From NCBI RefSeq assembly GCF_022846255.1, contig NZ_AP025682.1: DNA of 64,000 nucleotides; one strand, given 5' to 3'. The notes beneath the pieces were generated by a model. It saw only the letters and a list, made by a program, of their open reading frames with translations. It was not told the DNA's origin and did not search any database. Position numbers and translations under genes: made by a program. Shown piece after piece: positions 37,496 to 48,616 of the stretch (position 1 is the first letter of the stretch; every line of letters begins with the position of its first letter). Source of the stretch: Escherichia coli. GTDB taxonomy: Bacteria > Pseudomonadota > Gammaproteobacteria > Enterobacterales > Enterobacteriaceae.

Positions 37496-37942
37496 TTATT
37501 CATTATCGCCCGGAATGTCTTCTTGTCGGGAATTACCCAGAGCAATAAATTCCTCTAACAGATGGGTTAACTGTTGCATTTTCTCGGCAGTAAACTGAGC
37601 TTCAATCTGCCGATAGGCTTCTTCAATCTGTGTCTGAGCGCGGTTATACAGGGCCTGCCCCTCTTTGGTCAGCGAGATATAGAGCTTCCGCTGATCATTG
37701 ATCGGCTTTAATCGCAACACTAAACCGTCGCGTTCCATCCTCGTGAGGATCCCGGTCAGGCTTGGGCGCAAAATGCAGGCGCGATACGCCAGATCGTGAA
37801 AATCCATTGATGGGCTTTCCGCCAGAATACGCACGATGCGCCACTGTTGCTCAGTCAAATTATGCCGTTTAACGATTGGGCGAAAATAACTCATCGCCGC
37901 TTCTCGCGCCTGGAGCAACGCAATGGTTAGTGAGTCGTGCAT
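37496..37942 (-). CDS. hpaR: MarR-family repressor of the hpa meta-cleavage operon
   Basis: ORF track 37496..37996; start at MHDSLTIALLQAREAAMSYF. Confidence 0.88.
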   Translation of the reverse strand: MHDSLTIALLQAREAAMSYFRPIVKRHNLTEQQWRIVRILAESPSMDFHDLAYRACILRPSLTGILTRMERDGLVLRLKPINDQRKLYISLTKEGQALYNRAQTQIEEAYRQIEAQFTAEKMQQLTHLLEEFIALGNSRQEDIPGDNE

Positions 37943-38213
37943 TATCTTTCCCCTGAAAAATTCAAAATCATTAATATAGAAACAGTTAATCGTCACGTTA
38001 CCGGGACTGAGCTATCCCCGCAATTCCTCATTTTATCAAAATTGAGCATACTTTATTAACTTACTGATATTTAGTATTTTATTACCTGCAAATGTAAATA
38101 GTTTGTTAATTAGATCACATTTACATCACTTACTTTTGCCAAACTACGCAATCGGGAATAAAAGTAATCATTAACATATTAATGATTAAAATGATCGAAT
38201 CCGAGGAGTGGTA
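37943..38213. promoter_or_regulatory. hpaR/hpaG divergent promoter-operator region
   Basis: AT-rich interval between divergent hpaR and hpaG. Confidence 0.45.
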
Positions 38214-39503
38214 ATGAAAGGCACTATCTTCGCCGTAGCGTTGAACCATCGCAGCCAGCTTGATGCATGGCAGGAAGCGTTCCAGCAATCCCCCTACAAA
38301 GCCCCGCCTAAAACTGCGGTCTGGTTTATTAAACCGCGCAATACGGTGATTGGTTGCGGTGAACCGATTCCCTTTCCACAGGGTGAAAAGGTACTGAGCG
38401 GTGCGACAGTTGCGCTGATTGTGGGAAAAACGGCGACGAAAGTACGTGAAGAAGATGCGGCAGAGTACATCGCCGGATATGCGCTGGCTAACGACGTCAG
38501 CCTGCCGGAAGAGAGCTTTTACCGCCCGGCAATCAAAGCAAAATGTCGTGATGGATTCTGCCCCATTGGCGAAACCGTGGCTCTCAGCAATGTCGATAAT
38601 CTGACCATCTATACCGAGATCAACGGGCGTCCTGCCGATCACTGGAACACCGCCGATTTACAACGTAATGCCGCGCAGTTGCTGAGCGCCCTGAGCGAAT
38701 TTGCCACGCTGAATCCAGGCGATGCCATTCTGCTCGGCACGCCACAGGCGCGCGTGGAAATACAGCCAGGCGATCGCGTTCGTGTTCTCGCAGAAGGTTT
38801 CCCGCCACTGGAAAATCCGGTAGTGGACGAACGTGAAGTGACCACGCGCAAGAGCTTCCCAACGCAGCCACACCCGCACGGCACGCTGTTTGCCCTCGGC
38901 CTGAACTACGCCGACCACGCCAGCGAACTGGAATTTAAGCCACCGGAAGAACCGCTGGTGTTCCTGAAAGCGCCGAATACCCTCACGGGCGATAACCAGA
39001 CCTCCGTGCGCCCGAACAATATTGAATACATGCACTACGAAGCGGAGCTGGTGGTAGTTATTGGCAAGCAGGCGCGTAACGTCAGCGAAGCCGATGCCAT
39101 GGATTATGTCGCGGGCTACACCGTGTGTAACGACTACGCCATTCGCGACTATCTGGAAAACTACTACCGCCCTAACCTGCGGGTAAAAAGCCGCGACGGA
39201 CTGACGCCGATGCTTTTAACCATCGTGCCGAAAGAGGCGATCCCGGACCCGCATAATCTGACCCTTCGCACCTTCGTCAACGGCGAGTTACGCCAGCAAG
39301 GCACCACCGCCGATCTGAACTTCAGCGTGCCCTTCCTGATCGCCTACTTAAGCGAATTTATGACCCTGAATCCGGGCGACATGATCGCCACCGGCACACC
39401 AAAAGGCTTATCTGACGTGGTGCCTGGCGATGAAGTAGTGGTGGAAGTCGAAGGCGTGGGCCGCCTGGTGAACCGAATTGTGAGTGAGGAAACAGCGAAA
39501 TGA
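38214..39503 (+). CDS. hpaG: Bifunctional 5-carboxymethyl-2-oxo-hex-3-ene-1,7-dioate decarboxylase / 2-hydroxyhepta-2,4-diene-1,7-dioate isomerase (FAH family, duplicated domain)
   Basis: ORF track 38208..39503; start at MKGTIF with GAGGAG RBS; 429 aa. Confidence 0.88.
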   Translation: MKGTIFAVALNHRSQLDAWQEAFQQSPYKAPPKTAVWFIKPRNTVIGCGEPIPFPQGEKVLSGATVALIVGKTATKVREEDAAEYIAGYALANDVSLPEESFYRPAIKAKCRDGFCPIGETVALSNVDNLTIYTEINGRPADHWNTADLQRNAAQLLSALSEFATLNPGDAILLGTPQARVEIQPGDRVRVLAEGFPPLENPVVDEREVTTRKSFPTQPHPHGTLFALGLNYADHASELEFKPPEEPLVFLKAPNTLTGDNQTSVRPNNIEYMHYEAELVVVIGKQARNVSEADAMDYVAGYTVCNDYAIRDYLENYYRPNLRVKSRDGLTPMLLTIVPKEAIPDPHNLTLRTFVNGELRQQGTTADLNFSVPFLIAYLSEFMTLNPGDMIATGTPKGLSDVVPGDEVVVEVEGVGRLVNRIVSEETAK

Positions 39504-40966
39504 AAAAAGTAAATCATTGGATCAACGGCAAAAATGTTGCAGGTAACGACTACTTCCAGACTACCAATCCGGCAACGGGTGAAGTGCTGGCGGATGTGGC
39601 CTCTGGCGGTGAAGCGGAGATCAATCAGGCGGTAGCGGCAGCGAAAGAGGCGTTCCCGAAATGGGCCAATCTGCCGATGAAAGAGCGTGCGCGCCTGATG
39701 CGCCGTCTGGGCGATTTGATCGACCAGAACGTGCCTGAGATCGCCGCGATGGAAACCGCGGACACGGGCCTGCCGATCCATCAGACCAAAAATGTGTTGA
39801 TCCCACGCGCTTCTCACAACTTTGAATTTTTCGCGGAAGTCTGCCAGCAGATGAACGGCAAGACCTATCCGGTTGACGACAAGATGCTCAACTACACGCT
39901 GGTGCAACCGGTAGGCGTTTGTGCGCTGGTGTCACCGTGGAACGTGCCGTTTATGACCGCCACATGGAAGGTCGCGCCGTGTCTTGCGCTGGGCAATACC
40001 GCGGTGCTGAAGATGTCGGAACTCTCCCCGCTGACCGCTGACCGCCTGGGTGAGCTGGCGCTGGAAGCCGGTATTCCGGCAGGCGTGCTGAACGTGGTAC
40101 AGGGCTACGGCGCAACCGCAGGGGATGCGCTGGTTCGTCATCATGACGTACGTGCCGTGTCGTTCACCGGCGGTACGGCCACCGGGCGCAACATCATGAA
40201 AAAAGCCGGGCTGAAAAAATACTCCATGGAACTGGGCGGTAAATCGCCGGTGCTGATTTTTGAAGATGCTGATATTGAACGCGCGCTGGACGCCGCCCTG
40301 TTCACCATCTTCTCGATCAACGGCGAGCGCTGCACCGCCGGTTCGCGCATCTTTATTCAGCAAAGCATCTACCCGGAATTCGTTAAACGCTTTGCCGAAC
40401 GCGCCAACCGTCTGCGCGTGGGCGATCCGAATGATCCGAATACCCAGGTTGGGGCGCTTATCAGCCAGCAACACTGGGAAAAAGTCTCCGGCTATATCCG
40501 TCTCGGCATTGAAGAAGGCGCAACCCTGCTGGCGGGCGGTCCGGATAAACCGTCCGACCTGCCTGCGCACCTGAAAGGCGGCAACTTCCTGCGCCCAACG
40601 GTGCTGGCTGACGTTGATAACCGTATGCGCGTCGCCCAGGAAGAGATTTTCGGGCCGGTCGCCTGCCTGCTGCCGTTTAAAGATGAAGCCGAAGGCTTAC
40701 GCCTGGCAAACGACGTGGAGTACGGCCTCGCGTCGTACATCTGGACGCAGGATGTCAGCAAAGTGTTACGCCTGGCGCGTGGCATTGAAGCAGGCATGGT
40801 GTTCGTCAACACCCAGAACGTGCGCGACCTGCGCCAGCCGTTTGGCGGCGTAAAAGCCTCCGGCACCGGGCGTGAAGGCGGTGAGTACAGCTTCGAAGTG
40901 TTCGCGGAAATGAAGAACGTCTGCATTTCCATGGGCGACCATCCAATTCCGAAATGGGGAGTCTGA
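39500..40966 (+). CDS. hpaE: 5-carboxymethyl-2-hydroxymuconate semialdehyde dehydrogenase (NAD aldehyde dehydrogenase)
   Basis: 488-aa ALDH-family ORF; ATGA overlap with hpaG. Confidence 0.88.
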   Translation: MKKVNHWINGKNVAGNDYFQTTNPATGEVLADVASGGEAEINQAVAAAKEAFPKWANLPMKERARLMRRLGDLIDQNVPEIAAMETADTGLPIHQTKNVLIPRASHNFEFFAEVCQQMNGKTYPVDDKMLNYTLVQPVGVCALVSPWNVPFMTATWKVAPCLALGNTAVLKMSELSPLTADRLGELALEAGIPAGVLNVVQGYGATAGDALVRHHDVRAVSFTGGTATGRNIMKKAGLKKYSMELGGKSPVLIFEDADIERALDAALFTIFSINGERCTAGSRIFIQQSIYPEFVKRFAERANRLRVGDPNDPNTQVGALISQQHWEKVSGYIRLGIEEGATLLAGGPDKPSDLPAHLKGGNFLRPTVLADVDNRMRVAQEEIFGPVACLLPFKDEAEGLRLANDVEYGLASYIWTQDVSKVLRLARGIEAGMVFVNTQNVRDLRQPFGGVKASGTGREGGEYSFEVFAEMKNVCISMGDHPIPKWGV

Positions 40967-40967
40967 T

Positions 40968-41819
40968 ATGGGTAAGTTAGCGTTAGCCGCCAAGATCACG
41001 CACGTACCGTCGATGTATCTCTCTGAACTGCCAGGGAAAAACCACGGTTGCCGCCAGGGCGCGATCGACGGGCATAAAGAGATCAGCAAGCGTTGCCGGG
41101 AAATGGGCGTCGATACCATTATCGTTTTCGATACTCACTGGCTGGTCAACAGTGCTTATCACATCAACTGTGCAGACCATTTTGAAGGCGTCTACACCAG
41201 CAACGAGCTGCCGCATTTTATTCGTGACATGACCTACAACTACGAGGGCAACCCGGAGTTGGGGCAGCTAATTGCCGATGAAGCGATAAAACTCGGCGTG
41301 CGGGCGAAAGCGCACAACATTCCCAGCCTGAAACTGGAATACGGCACGCTGGTGCCAATGCGCTACATGAATGAAGACAAGCACTTCAAAGTGGTTTCCA
41401 TTTCGGCTTTCTGCACGGTTCACGATTTTGCCGACAGCCGCAAGCTGGGCGAAGCGATTCTGAAAGCGATCGAACAGTACGACGGCACCGTGGCGGTCCT
41501 TGCCAGCGGTTCGTTATCGCACCGCTTTATTGACGATCAGCGTGCGGAAGAAGGGATGAACAGCTACACCCGCGAGTTCGACCGCCAGATGGACGAGCGC
41601 GTGGTGAAGCTGTGGCGCGAAGGCCAGTTCAAAGAGTTCTGCAATATGCTGCCGGAGTACGCCGACTACTGCTACGGCGAAGGCAATATGCACGACACGG
41701 TGATGCTGCTGGGGATGCTCGGCTGGGATAAATACGACGGCAAGGTGGAGTTTATCACCGAGCTGTTCCCAAGCTCCGGTACTGGTCAGGTTAACGCTGT
41801 TTTCCCGCTTCCCGCGTAA
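40968..41819 (+). CDS. hpaD: 3,4-dihydroxyphenylacetate 2,3-dioxygenase (extradiol)
   Basis: 283-aa ORF in hpa operon position. Confidence 0.85.
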   Translation: MGKLALAAKITHVPSMYLSELPGKNHGCRQGAIDGHKEISKRCREMGVDTIIVFDTHWLVNSAYHINCADHFEGVYTSNELPHFIRDMTYNYEGNPELGQLIADEAIKLGVRAKAHNIPSLKLEYGTLVPMRYMNEDKHFKVVSISAFCTVHDFADSRKLGEAILKAIEQYDGTVAVLASGSLSHRFIDDQRAEEGMNSYTREFDRQMDERVVKLWREGQFKEFCNMLPEYADYCYGEGNMHDTVMLLGMLGWDKYDGKVEFITELFPSSGTGQVNAVFPLPA

Positions 41820-41828
41820 GGAACCACC

Positions 41829-42209
41829 ATGCCGCACTTTATCGTGGAATGTACTGAAAATATTCGTCAAGAAGCCCGCTTACCTGAGCTGTTTGCCAGT
41901 GTTAACACCGCACTGGCAGCGACGGGGATTTTTCCGCTTGGGGGAATACGTAGCCGGGCACACTGGATCGATACCTGGCAAATGGCTGATGGCAAGCACG
42001 ATTACGCCTTTGTGCATATGACGCTAAAAATCGGCAGCGGGCGCAGTCTGGAAAGCCGTCAGGAAGTGGGCGAAATGCTGTTTGATCTGATTAAAACGCA
42101 CTTCGCCTCACTGATGGAGAGCCGTTACCTGGCGCTTTCATTTGAGATTGCAGAGCTGCACCCGACGTTGAATTTCAAACAGAACAACGTACACGCGTTG
42201 TTTAAATAA
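41829..42209 (+). CDS. hpaF: 5-carboxymethyl-2-hydroxymuconate isomerase
   Basis: 126-aa [21 protein letters not shown]. Confidence 0.85.
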   Translation: MPHFIVECTENIRQEARLPELFASVNTALAATGIFPLGGIRSRAHWIDTWQMADGKHDYAFVHMTLKIGSGRSLESRQEVGEMLFDLIKTHFASLMESRYLALSFEIAELHPTLNFKQNNVHALFK

Positions 42210-42214
42210 ATTTG

Positions 42215-42262
42215 CACCAGCTTCCAGGCCGGATGATAAGGCGCAGCCGCATCCGGCAATGC
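42215..42262. repeat. REP element between hpaF and hpaH
   Basis: GCCGGATGATAAGGCGCAGCCGCATCCGGCA palindrome. Confidence 0.7.
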
Positions 42263-42276
42263 CACAGGATATCGCT

Positions 42277-43080
42277 ATGTTCGATAAACATACCCACACC
42301 CTGATCGCCCAGCGTCTGGATCAGGCAGAAAAACAGCGCGAACAGATCCGCGCGATCTCCCTGGATTACCCGGAGATCACCATCGAAGACGCTTACGCGG
42401 TGCAGCGCGAATGGGTTCGCCTGAAAATCGCCGAAGGCCGTACGCTGAAAGGCCACAAAATCGGACTGACCTCGAAAGCGATGCAGGCCAGCTCACAAAT
42501 CAGCGAACCAGATTACGGTGCACTGCTGGACGACATGTTCTTCCACGACGGCAGCGATATCCCGACCGATCGCTTTATCGTGCCGCGCATTGAAGTGGAG
42601 CTGGCTTTCGTGCTGGCAAAACCGCTGCGTGGGCCAAACTGCACGCTGTTCGACGTCTACAACGCCACGGACTATGTGATCCCGGCGCTGGAGCTGATCG
42701 ACGCTCGCTGCCACAACATCGATCCGGAAACCCAGCGCCCGCGTAAAGTGTTCGACACCATTTCTGATAACGCCGCCAATGCCGGGGTGATCCTCGGTGG
42801 TCGTCCCATTAAGCCCGATGAGTTGGATCTACGTTGGATCTCCGCCCTGATGTATCGCAATGGCGTGATTGAAGAAACCGGCGTCGCCGCTGGCGTGCTG
42901 AATCACCCGGCAAACGGCGTGGCCTGGCTGGCGAACAAACTCGCACCGTATGACGTACAACTGGAAGCCGGGCAAATCATTCTCGGTGGTTCGTTCACCC
43001 GCCCGGTTCCGGCGCGTAAGGGCGACACCTTCCACGTCGATTACGGCAACATGGGCTCCATTAGCTGCCGCTTTGTTTAA
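42277..43080 (+). CDS. hpaH: 2-oxo-hept-3-ene-1,7-dioate hydratase
   Basis: ORF track 42259..43080; start at [14 protein letters not shown]; 267 aa. Confidence 0.85.
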
Positions 43081-43090
43081 GGAGAGAACG

Positions 43091-43879
43091 ATGGAAAACA
43101 GTTTTAAAGCGGCGCTGAAAGCAGGCCGCCCGCAGATCGGATTATGGCTGGGGCTAAGTAGCAGCTACAGCGCAGAGTTACTGGCCGGAGCAGGATTCGA
43201 CTGGTTATTGATCGACGGTGAGCACGCGCCGAACAACGTGCAAACCGTGCTCACCCAGCTACAGGCGATTGCGCCCTACCCCAGCCAGCCGGTAGTGCGC
43301 CCATCCTGGAACGATCCGGTGCAAATCAAACAACTGCTGGATGTCGGTACACAAACCTTACTGGTGCCGATGGTACAAAACGCCGACGAAGCCCGTGAAG
43401 CGGTACGCGCCACCCGTTATCCCCCCGCCGGTATTCGTGGTGTGGGCAGTGCGCTGGCCCGCGCCTCGCGCTGGAACCGTATTCCGGATTACCTGCAAAA
43501 AGCCAACGATCAAATGTGCGTGCTGGTGCAGATCGAAACTCGTGAGGCAATGAAGAACCTACCGCAGATTCTGGACGTGGAAGGGGTAGACGGCGTGTTT
43601 ATCGGCCCGGCGGATCTGAGCGCCGATATGGGTTATGCCGGTAATCCGCAGCACCCGGAAGTGCAGGCCGCCATTGAACAGGCGATCGTGCAGATCCGTG
43701 AAGCGGGCAAAGCTCCGGGGATCCTGATCGCCAATGAGCAACTGGCAAAACGCTACCTGGAACTGGGCGCGCTATTTGTCGCCGTCGGCGTTGACACCAC
43801 CCTGCTCGCCCGCGCCGCCGAAGCGCTGGCAGCACGGTTTGGTGCTCAGGCCACCGCCGTGAAGCCCGGCGTGTATTAA
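43091..43879 (+). CDS. hpaI: 2,4-dihydroxyhept-2-ene-1,7-dioate aldolase (HpcH/HpaI)
   Basis: ORF track 42950..43879; start at [19 protein letters not shown] with GGAGAG RBS; 262 aa. Confidence 0.88.
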
Positions 43880-43880
43880 T

Positions 43881-43951
43881 GCCGGATGCGCTTATCCGGT
43901 TTACAGCAGTACCAAATTGTAGCCGGATAAGGCGTTTGTGCTGCATCCGCC
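43881..43951. repeat. REP pair downstream of hpaI
   Basis: GCCGGATGCGCTTATCCGG and GTAGCCGGATAAGGCGTTTGTGCTGCATCCGCC. Confidence 0.7.
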
Positions 43952-43996
43952 ATAAACCTTGTCGTACCCTACAAAAATCCCATTAGAGGAAGAAAA

Positions 43997-45373
43997 ATGA
44001 GCGACACCTCACCTGCCATACCGGAGAGTATCGATCCGGCGAATCAGCATAAAGCGCTGACTGCCGGACAACAGGCGGTTATTAAGAAGTTGTTTCGCCG
44101 CCTGATCGTCTTTCTGTTCGTGCTGTTTATCTTCTCGTTCCTTGATCGCATCAACATTGGTTTTGCTGGACTAACGATGGGACGCGACCTCGGTCTGAGC
44201 GCCACCATGTTTGGCCTCGCTACCACCCTGTTCTACGCCGCTTATGTCATCTTCGGCATTCCCAGCAACATTATGCTGAGTATTGTCGGTGCGCGGCGCT
44301 GGATCGCCACCATCATGGTGCTCTGGGGCATCGCCTCTACGGCCACCATGTTTGCCACTGGCCCCACCAGCTTATACGTACTGCGTATACTGGTTGGCAT
44401 TACCGAAGCCGGCTTTCTGCCTGGTATTCTGCTGTATTTAACCTTCTGGTTTCCGGCCTATTTCCGCGCCCGTGCCAACGCCTTGTTTATGGTAGCAATG
44501 CCGGTAACGACAGCGCTGGGATCTATCGTTTCCGGCTACATTTTGTCGCTGGATGGCGTAATGGCATTAAAAGGCTGGCAGTGGCTGTTTTTGCTGGAAG
44601 GCTTCCCGTCGGTATTACTCGGCGTCATGGTGTGGTTCTGGCTTGATGACTCACCGGACAAAGCTAAGTGGCTGACGAAAGAAGACAAAAAATGCCTGCA
44701 AGAGATGATGGATAACGATCGTCTGACGCTGGTTCAGCCAGAGGGAGCCATCAGTCACCACGCCATGCAACAACGCAGCATGTGGCGGGAGATCTTCACT
44801 CCGGTGGTGATGATGTATACCCTGGCGTATTTCTGCCTGACCAACACACTTAGTGCAATCAGCATCTGGACACCGCAGATCCTGCAAAGCTTTAATCAGG
44901 GTAGCAGTAATATCACCATCGGCCTGCTGGCCGCCGTACCGCAGATTTGTACCATTCTCGGGATGATCTACTGGAGCCGTCACTCAGATCGCCGCCAGGA
45001 ACGAAGGCATCACACCGCCCTTCCTTATTTGTTCGCTGCCGCTGGTTGGTTACTGGCTTCGGCAACTGATCACAACATGATCCAGATGCTGGGGATCATT
45101 ATGGCTTCGACCGGATCATTCAGCGCAATGGCGATTTTCTGGACAACACCGGATCAGTCCATCAGCCTGCGGGCACGAGCGATCGGTATTGCGGTGATCA
45201 ACGCCACTGGCAACATTGGTTCAGCGTTAAGTCCGTTTATGATCGGCTGGTTGAAAGATCTGACCGGCAGCTTTAACAGTGGATTGTGGTTTGTTGCCGC
45301 GCTGCTGGTGATTGGTGCGGGGATTATCTGGGCAATTCCAATGCAGTCCTCCCGTCCGCGAGCGACCCCGTAA
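43997..45373 (+). CDS. hpaX: 4-hydroxyphenylacetate permease (MFS)
   Basis: 458-aa 12-TM MFS ORF. Confidence 0.85.
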   Translation: MSDTSPAIPESIDPANQHKALTAGQQAVIKKLFRRLIVFLFVLFIFSFLDRINIGFAGLTMGRDLGLSATMFGLATTLFYAAYVIFGIPSNIMLSIVGARRWIATIMVLWGIASTATMFATGPTSLYVLRILVGITEAGFLPGILLYLTFWFPAYFRARANALFMVAMPVTTALGSIVSGYILSLDGVMALKGWQWLFLLEGFPSVLLGVMVWFWLDDSPDKAKWLTKEDKKCLQEMMDNDRLTLVQPEGAISHHAMQQRSMWREIFTPVVMMYTLAYFCLTNTLSAISIWTPQILQSFNQGSSNITIGLLAAVPQICTILGMIYWSRHSDRRQERRHHTALPYLFAAAGWLLASATDHNMIQMLGIIMASTGSFSAMAIFWTTPDQSISLRARAIGIAVINATGNIGSALSPFMIGWLKDLTGSFNSGLWFVAALLVIGAGIIWAIPMQSSRPRATP

Positions 45374-45382
45374 GGAACGACG

Positions 45383-46273
45383 ATGTGCGATAGTCAGATT
45401 GCCAATATTGATATCAGCAAAGAGTACGATGAAAGCCTGGGCACGGACGATGTGCATTATCAGTCCTTCGCCCGCATGGCGGCCTTTTTTGGCCGCCATA
45501 TGCTGCCACATCGCCACGAACAGTACTTTCAGATGCATTTCCTCAATAGCGGACAGATTGAGCTACAGCTTGACGATCATCGCTACTCGGTGGAAGCGCC
45601 CCTGTTTGTCCTGACGCCGCCGTCAGTACCTCATGCGTTTATTACGGAGTCTGACGCCGACGGTCATGTGTTGACGGTACGGGAAGATCTGATCTGGCCC
45701 CTGCTGGAAGTTCTTTATCCGGGCACTCGGGAAACCTTCGGCCTGCCGGGGATTTGCCTGTCACTGGCAGATAAACCCGACGAACTGGCAGCGCTGGAAC
45801 ACTATTGGCAACTGATAGAGCGGGAATCGGTAGAACAACTGCCTGGACGGGAACACACCCTGACGCTACTAGCACAGGCAGTATTCACCCTACTGCTGCG
45901 TAATGCAAAACTCGACGACCATGCCGCCAGCGGGATGCGCGGAGAATTAAAACTGTTCCAGCGTTTTAATATGCTGATTGAAAGCCATTTTCATCAGCAC
46001 TGGACGGTACCGGATTACGCTAACGAACTGCATATCACCGAATCACGACTCACCGACATCTGCCGCCGCTTTGCCAACCGTCCGCCAAAACGGTTGATTT
46101 TCGACAGGCAGCTACGAGAAGCCAAGCGGCTGCTGCTGTTTTCTGATAACGCCGTGAACAATATTGCCTGGCAACTCGGTTTTAAGGATCCGGCTTATTT
46201 TGCGCGCTTTTTTAATCGCTTAGTCGGTTGCTCGCCCAGTGCTTATCGCGCCAAAAAAGTACCTGTGACGTGA
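45383..46273 (+). CDS. hpaA: AraC/XylS-family activator of hpaBC
   Basis: 296-aa ORF with C-terminal AraC HTH. Confidence 0.85.
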   Translation: MCDSQIANIDISKEYDESLGTDDVHYQSFARMAAFFGRHMLPHRHEQYFQMHFLNSGQIELQLDDHRYSVEAPLFVLTPPSVPHAFITESDADGHVLTVREDLIWPLLEVLYPGTRETFGLPGICLSLADKPDELAALEHYWQLIERESVEQLPGREHTLTLLAQAVFTLLLRNAKLDDHAASGMRGELKLFQRFNMLIESHFHQHWTVPDYANELHITESRLTDICRRFANRPPKRLIFDRQLREAKRLLLFSDNAVNNIAWQLGFKDPAYFARFFNRLVGCSPSAYRAKKVPVT

Positions 46274-46523
46274 AAATCCCTTAGCCTTAACGGGAAACCA
46301 GGCACCACCTGCTATTCCCCTTTCTCCGCCTGGAGCAAGGGGATTTAGTAACGTTAAAAATCGCGAAAAGCGACCTCGATCACAAAACCGTACCCGACCT
46401 GAAAAGTACCAGCCATTGTCCCAAAAGTGTCTTCCCGTAATCGCCCCTGCAAGCTTCAATTGAATAACAAAAACAACACACAAAATTAACAATCATATTC
46501 CGATTAATACTGTAGAGGTCGAT
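46274..46523 (+). promoter_or_regulatory. hpaBC promoter region
   Basis: 250-bp non-coding interval upstream of hpaB. Confidence 0.4.
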
Positions 46524-48086
46524 ATGAAACCAGAAGATTTCCGCGCCAGTACCCAACGTCCGTTCACCGGGGAAGAGTATCTGAAAAGCCTGCAGGATGG
46601 TCGCGAGATCTATATCTATGGCGAGCGAGTGAAAGACGTCACCACTCATCCGGCATTTCGTAATGCGGCAGCGTCTGTTGCCCAACTGTACGACGCGCTG
46701 CACAAACCGGAGATGCAGGACTCTCTGTGTTGGAACACCGACACCGGCAGCGGCGGCTATACCCATAAATTCTTCCGCGTGGCGAAAAGTGCCGACGACC
46801 TGCGCCAGCAACGCGACGCCATCGCTGAATGGTCACGCCTGAGCTATGGCTGGATGGGCCGTACCCCAGACTACAAAGCCGCTTTCGGTTGCGCACTGGG
46901 CGCAAATCCGGGCTTTTACGGTCAGTTCGAGCAGAACGCCCGTAACTGGTACACCCGTATTCAGGAAACTGGCCTCTACTTTAACCACGCGATTGTTAAC
47001 CCACCGATTGATCGTCATTTGCCGACCGATAAAGTGAAAGACGTTTACATCAAGCTGGAAAAAGAGACTGACGCCGGGATTATCGTCAGCGGTGCGAAAG
47101 TGGTTGCCACCAACTCGGCGCTGACTCACTACAACATGATTGGCTTCGGCTCGGCACAAGTGATGGGCGAAAACCCGGACTTCGCACTGATGTTCGTTGC
47201 GCCAATGGATGCCGATGGCGTGAAATTAATCTCCCGCGCCTCTTATGAGATGGTCGCGGGTGCTACCGGCTCGCCATACGACTACCCGCTCTCCAGCCGC
47301 TTCGATGAGAACGATGCGATCCTGGTGATGGATAACGTACTGATCCCGTGGGAAAACGTGTTGATCTACCGCGATTTCGATCGCTGCCGTCGCTGGACGA
47401 TGGAAGGCGGTTTCGCCCGTATGTATCCGCTGCAAGCCTGTGTGCGCCTGGCAGTGAAATTAGACTTCATTACGGCACTGCTGAAAAAATCACTCGAATG
47501 TACCGGCACCCTGGAGTTCCGTGGCGTGCAGGCCGATCTCGGTGAAGTGGTGGCGTGGCGCAACACCTTCTGGGCATTGAGTGACTCGATGTGTTCAGAA
47601 GCAACGCCGTGGGTCAACGGGGCTTATTTACCGGATCATGCCGCACTGCAAACCTATCGCGTACTGGCACCAATGGCCTACGCGAAGATCAAAAACATTA
47701 TCGAACGCAACGTTACCAGTGGCCTGATCTATCTCCCTTCCAGTGCCCGTGACCTGAACAATCCGCAGATCGACCAGTATCTGGCGAAGTATGTGCGCGG
47801 TTCGAACGGTATGGATCACGTCCAGCGCATCAAGATCCTCAAACTGATGTGGGATGCTATTGGCAGCGAATTTGGTGGTCGTCACGAGCTGTATGAAATC
47901 AACTACTCCGGTAGCCAGGATGAGATTCGCCTGCAGTGTCTGCGTCAGGCACAAAGCTCCGGCAATATGGACAAGATGATGGCGATGGTTGATCGCTGCC
48001 TGTCGGAATACGACCAGAACGGCTGGACTGTGCCGCACCTGCACAACAACGACGATATCAACATGCTGGATAAGCTGCTGAAATAA
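46524..48086 (+). CDS. hpaB: 4-hydroxyphenylacetate 3-monooxygenase, oxygenase component
   Basis: 520-aa ORF MKPEDFRASTQRPFTGEEYLKSLQDGREIYIYGERV. Confidence 0.9.
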   Translation: MKPEDFRASTQRPFTGEEYLKSLQDGREIYIYGERVKDVTTHPAFRNAAASVAQLYDALHKPEMQDSLCWNTDTGSGGYTHKFFRVAKSADDLRQQRDAIAEWSRLSYGWMGRTPDYKAAFGCALGANPGFYGQFEQNARNWYTRIQETGLYFNHAIVNPPIDRHLPTDKVKDVYIKLEKETDAGIIVSGAKVVATNSALTHYNMIGFGSAQVMGENPDFALMFVAPMDADGVKLISRASYEMVAGATGSPYDYPLSSRFDENDAILVMDNVLIPWENVLIYRDFDRCRRWTMEGGFARMYPLQACVRLAVKLDFITALLKKSLECTGTLEFRGVQADLGEVVAWRNTFWALSDSMCSEATPWVNGAYLPDHAALQTYRVLAPMAYAKIKNIIERNVTSGLIYLPSSARDLNNPQIDQYLAKYVRGSNGMDHVQRIKILKLMWDAIGSEFGGRHELYEINYSGSQDEIRLQCLRQAQSSGNMDKMMAMVDRCLSEYDQNGWTVPHLHNNDDINMLDKLLK

Positions 48087-48103
48087 CGCAGCAGGAGGTT
48101 AAG

Positions 48104-48616
48104 ATGCAATTAGATGAACAACGCCTGCGCTTTCGTGACGCAATGGCCAGCCTGTCGGCAGCGGTAAATATTATCACCACCGAGGGCGACGCCGGGCAAT
48201 GCGGGATTACGGCAACGGCTGTCTGCTCGGTCACGGATACACCACCGTCGCTGATGGTGTGCATTAACGCCAACAGTGCGATGAACCCGGTTTTTCAGGG
48301 CAACGGTAAGTTGTGCGTCAACGTCCTCAACCATGAGCAGGAACTGATGGCACGCCACTTCGCGGGCATGACAGGCATGGCGATGGAAGAGCGTTTTAGC
48401 CTCTCATGCTGGCAAAAAGGTCCGCTGGCGCAGCCGGTGCTGAAAGGTTCGCTGGCCAGTCTTGAAGGTGAGATCCGCGATGTGCAGGCGATTGGCACAC
48501 ATCTGGTGTATCTGGTGGAGATTAAAAACATCATCCTCAGTGCAGAAGGTCACGGACTTATCTACTTTAAACGCCGTTTCCATCCGGTGATGCTGGAAAT
48601 GGAAGCTGCGATTTAA
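48104..48616 (+). CDS. hpaC: 4-hydroxyphenylacetate 3-monooxygenase, flavin reductase component
   Basis: 170-aa flavin-reductase-like ORF. Confidence 0.9.
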   Translation: MQLDEQRLRFRDAMASLSAAVNIITTEGDAGQCGITATAVCSVTDTPPSLMVCINANSAMNPVFQGNGKLCVNVLNHEQELMARHFAGMTGMAMEERFSLSCWQKGPLAQPVLKGSLASLEGEIRDVQAIGTHLVYLVEIKNIILSAEGHGLIYFKRRFHPVMLEMEAAI

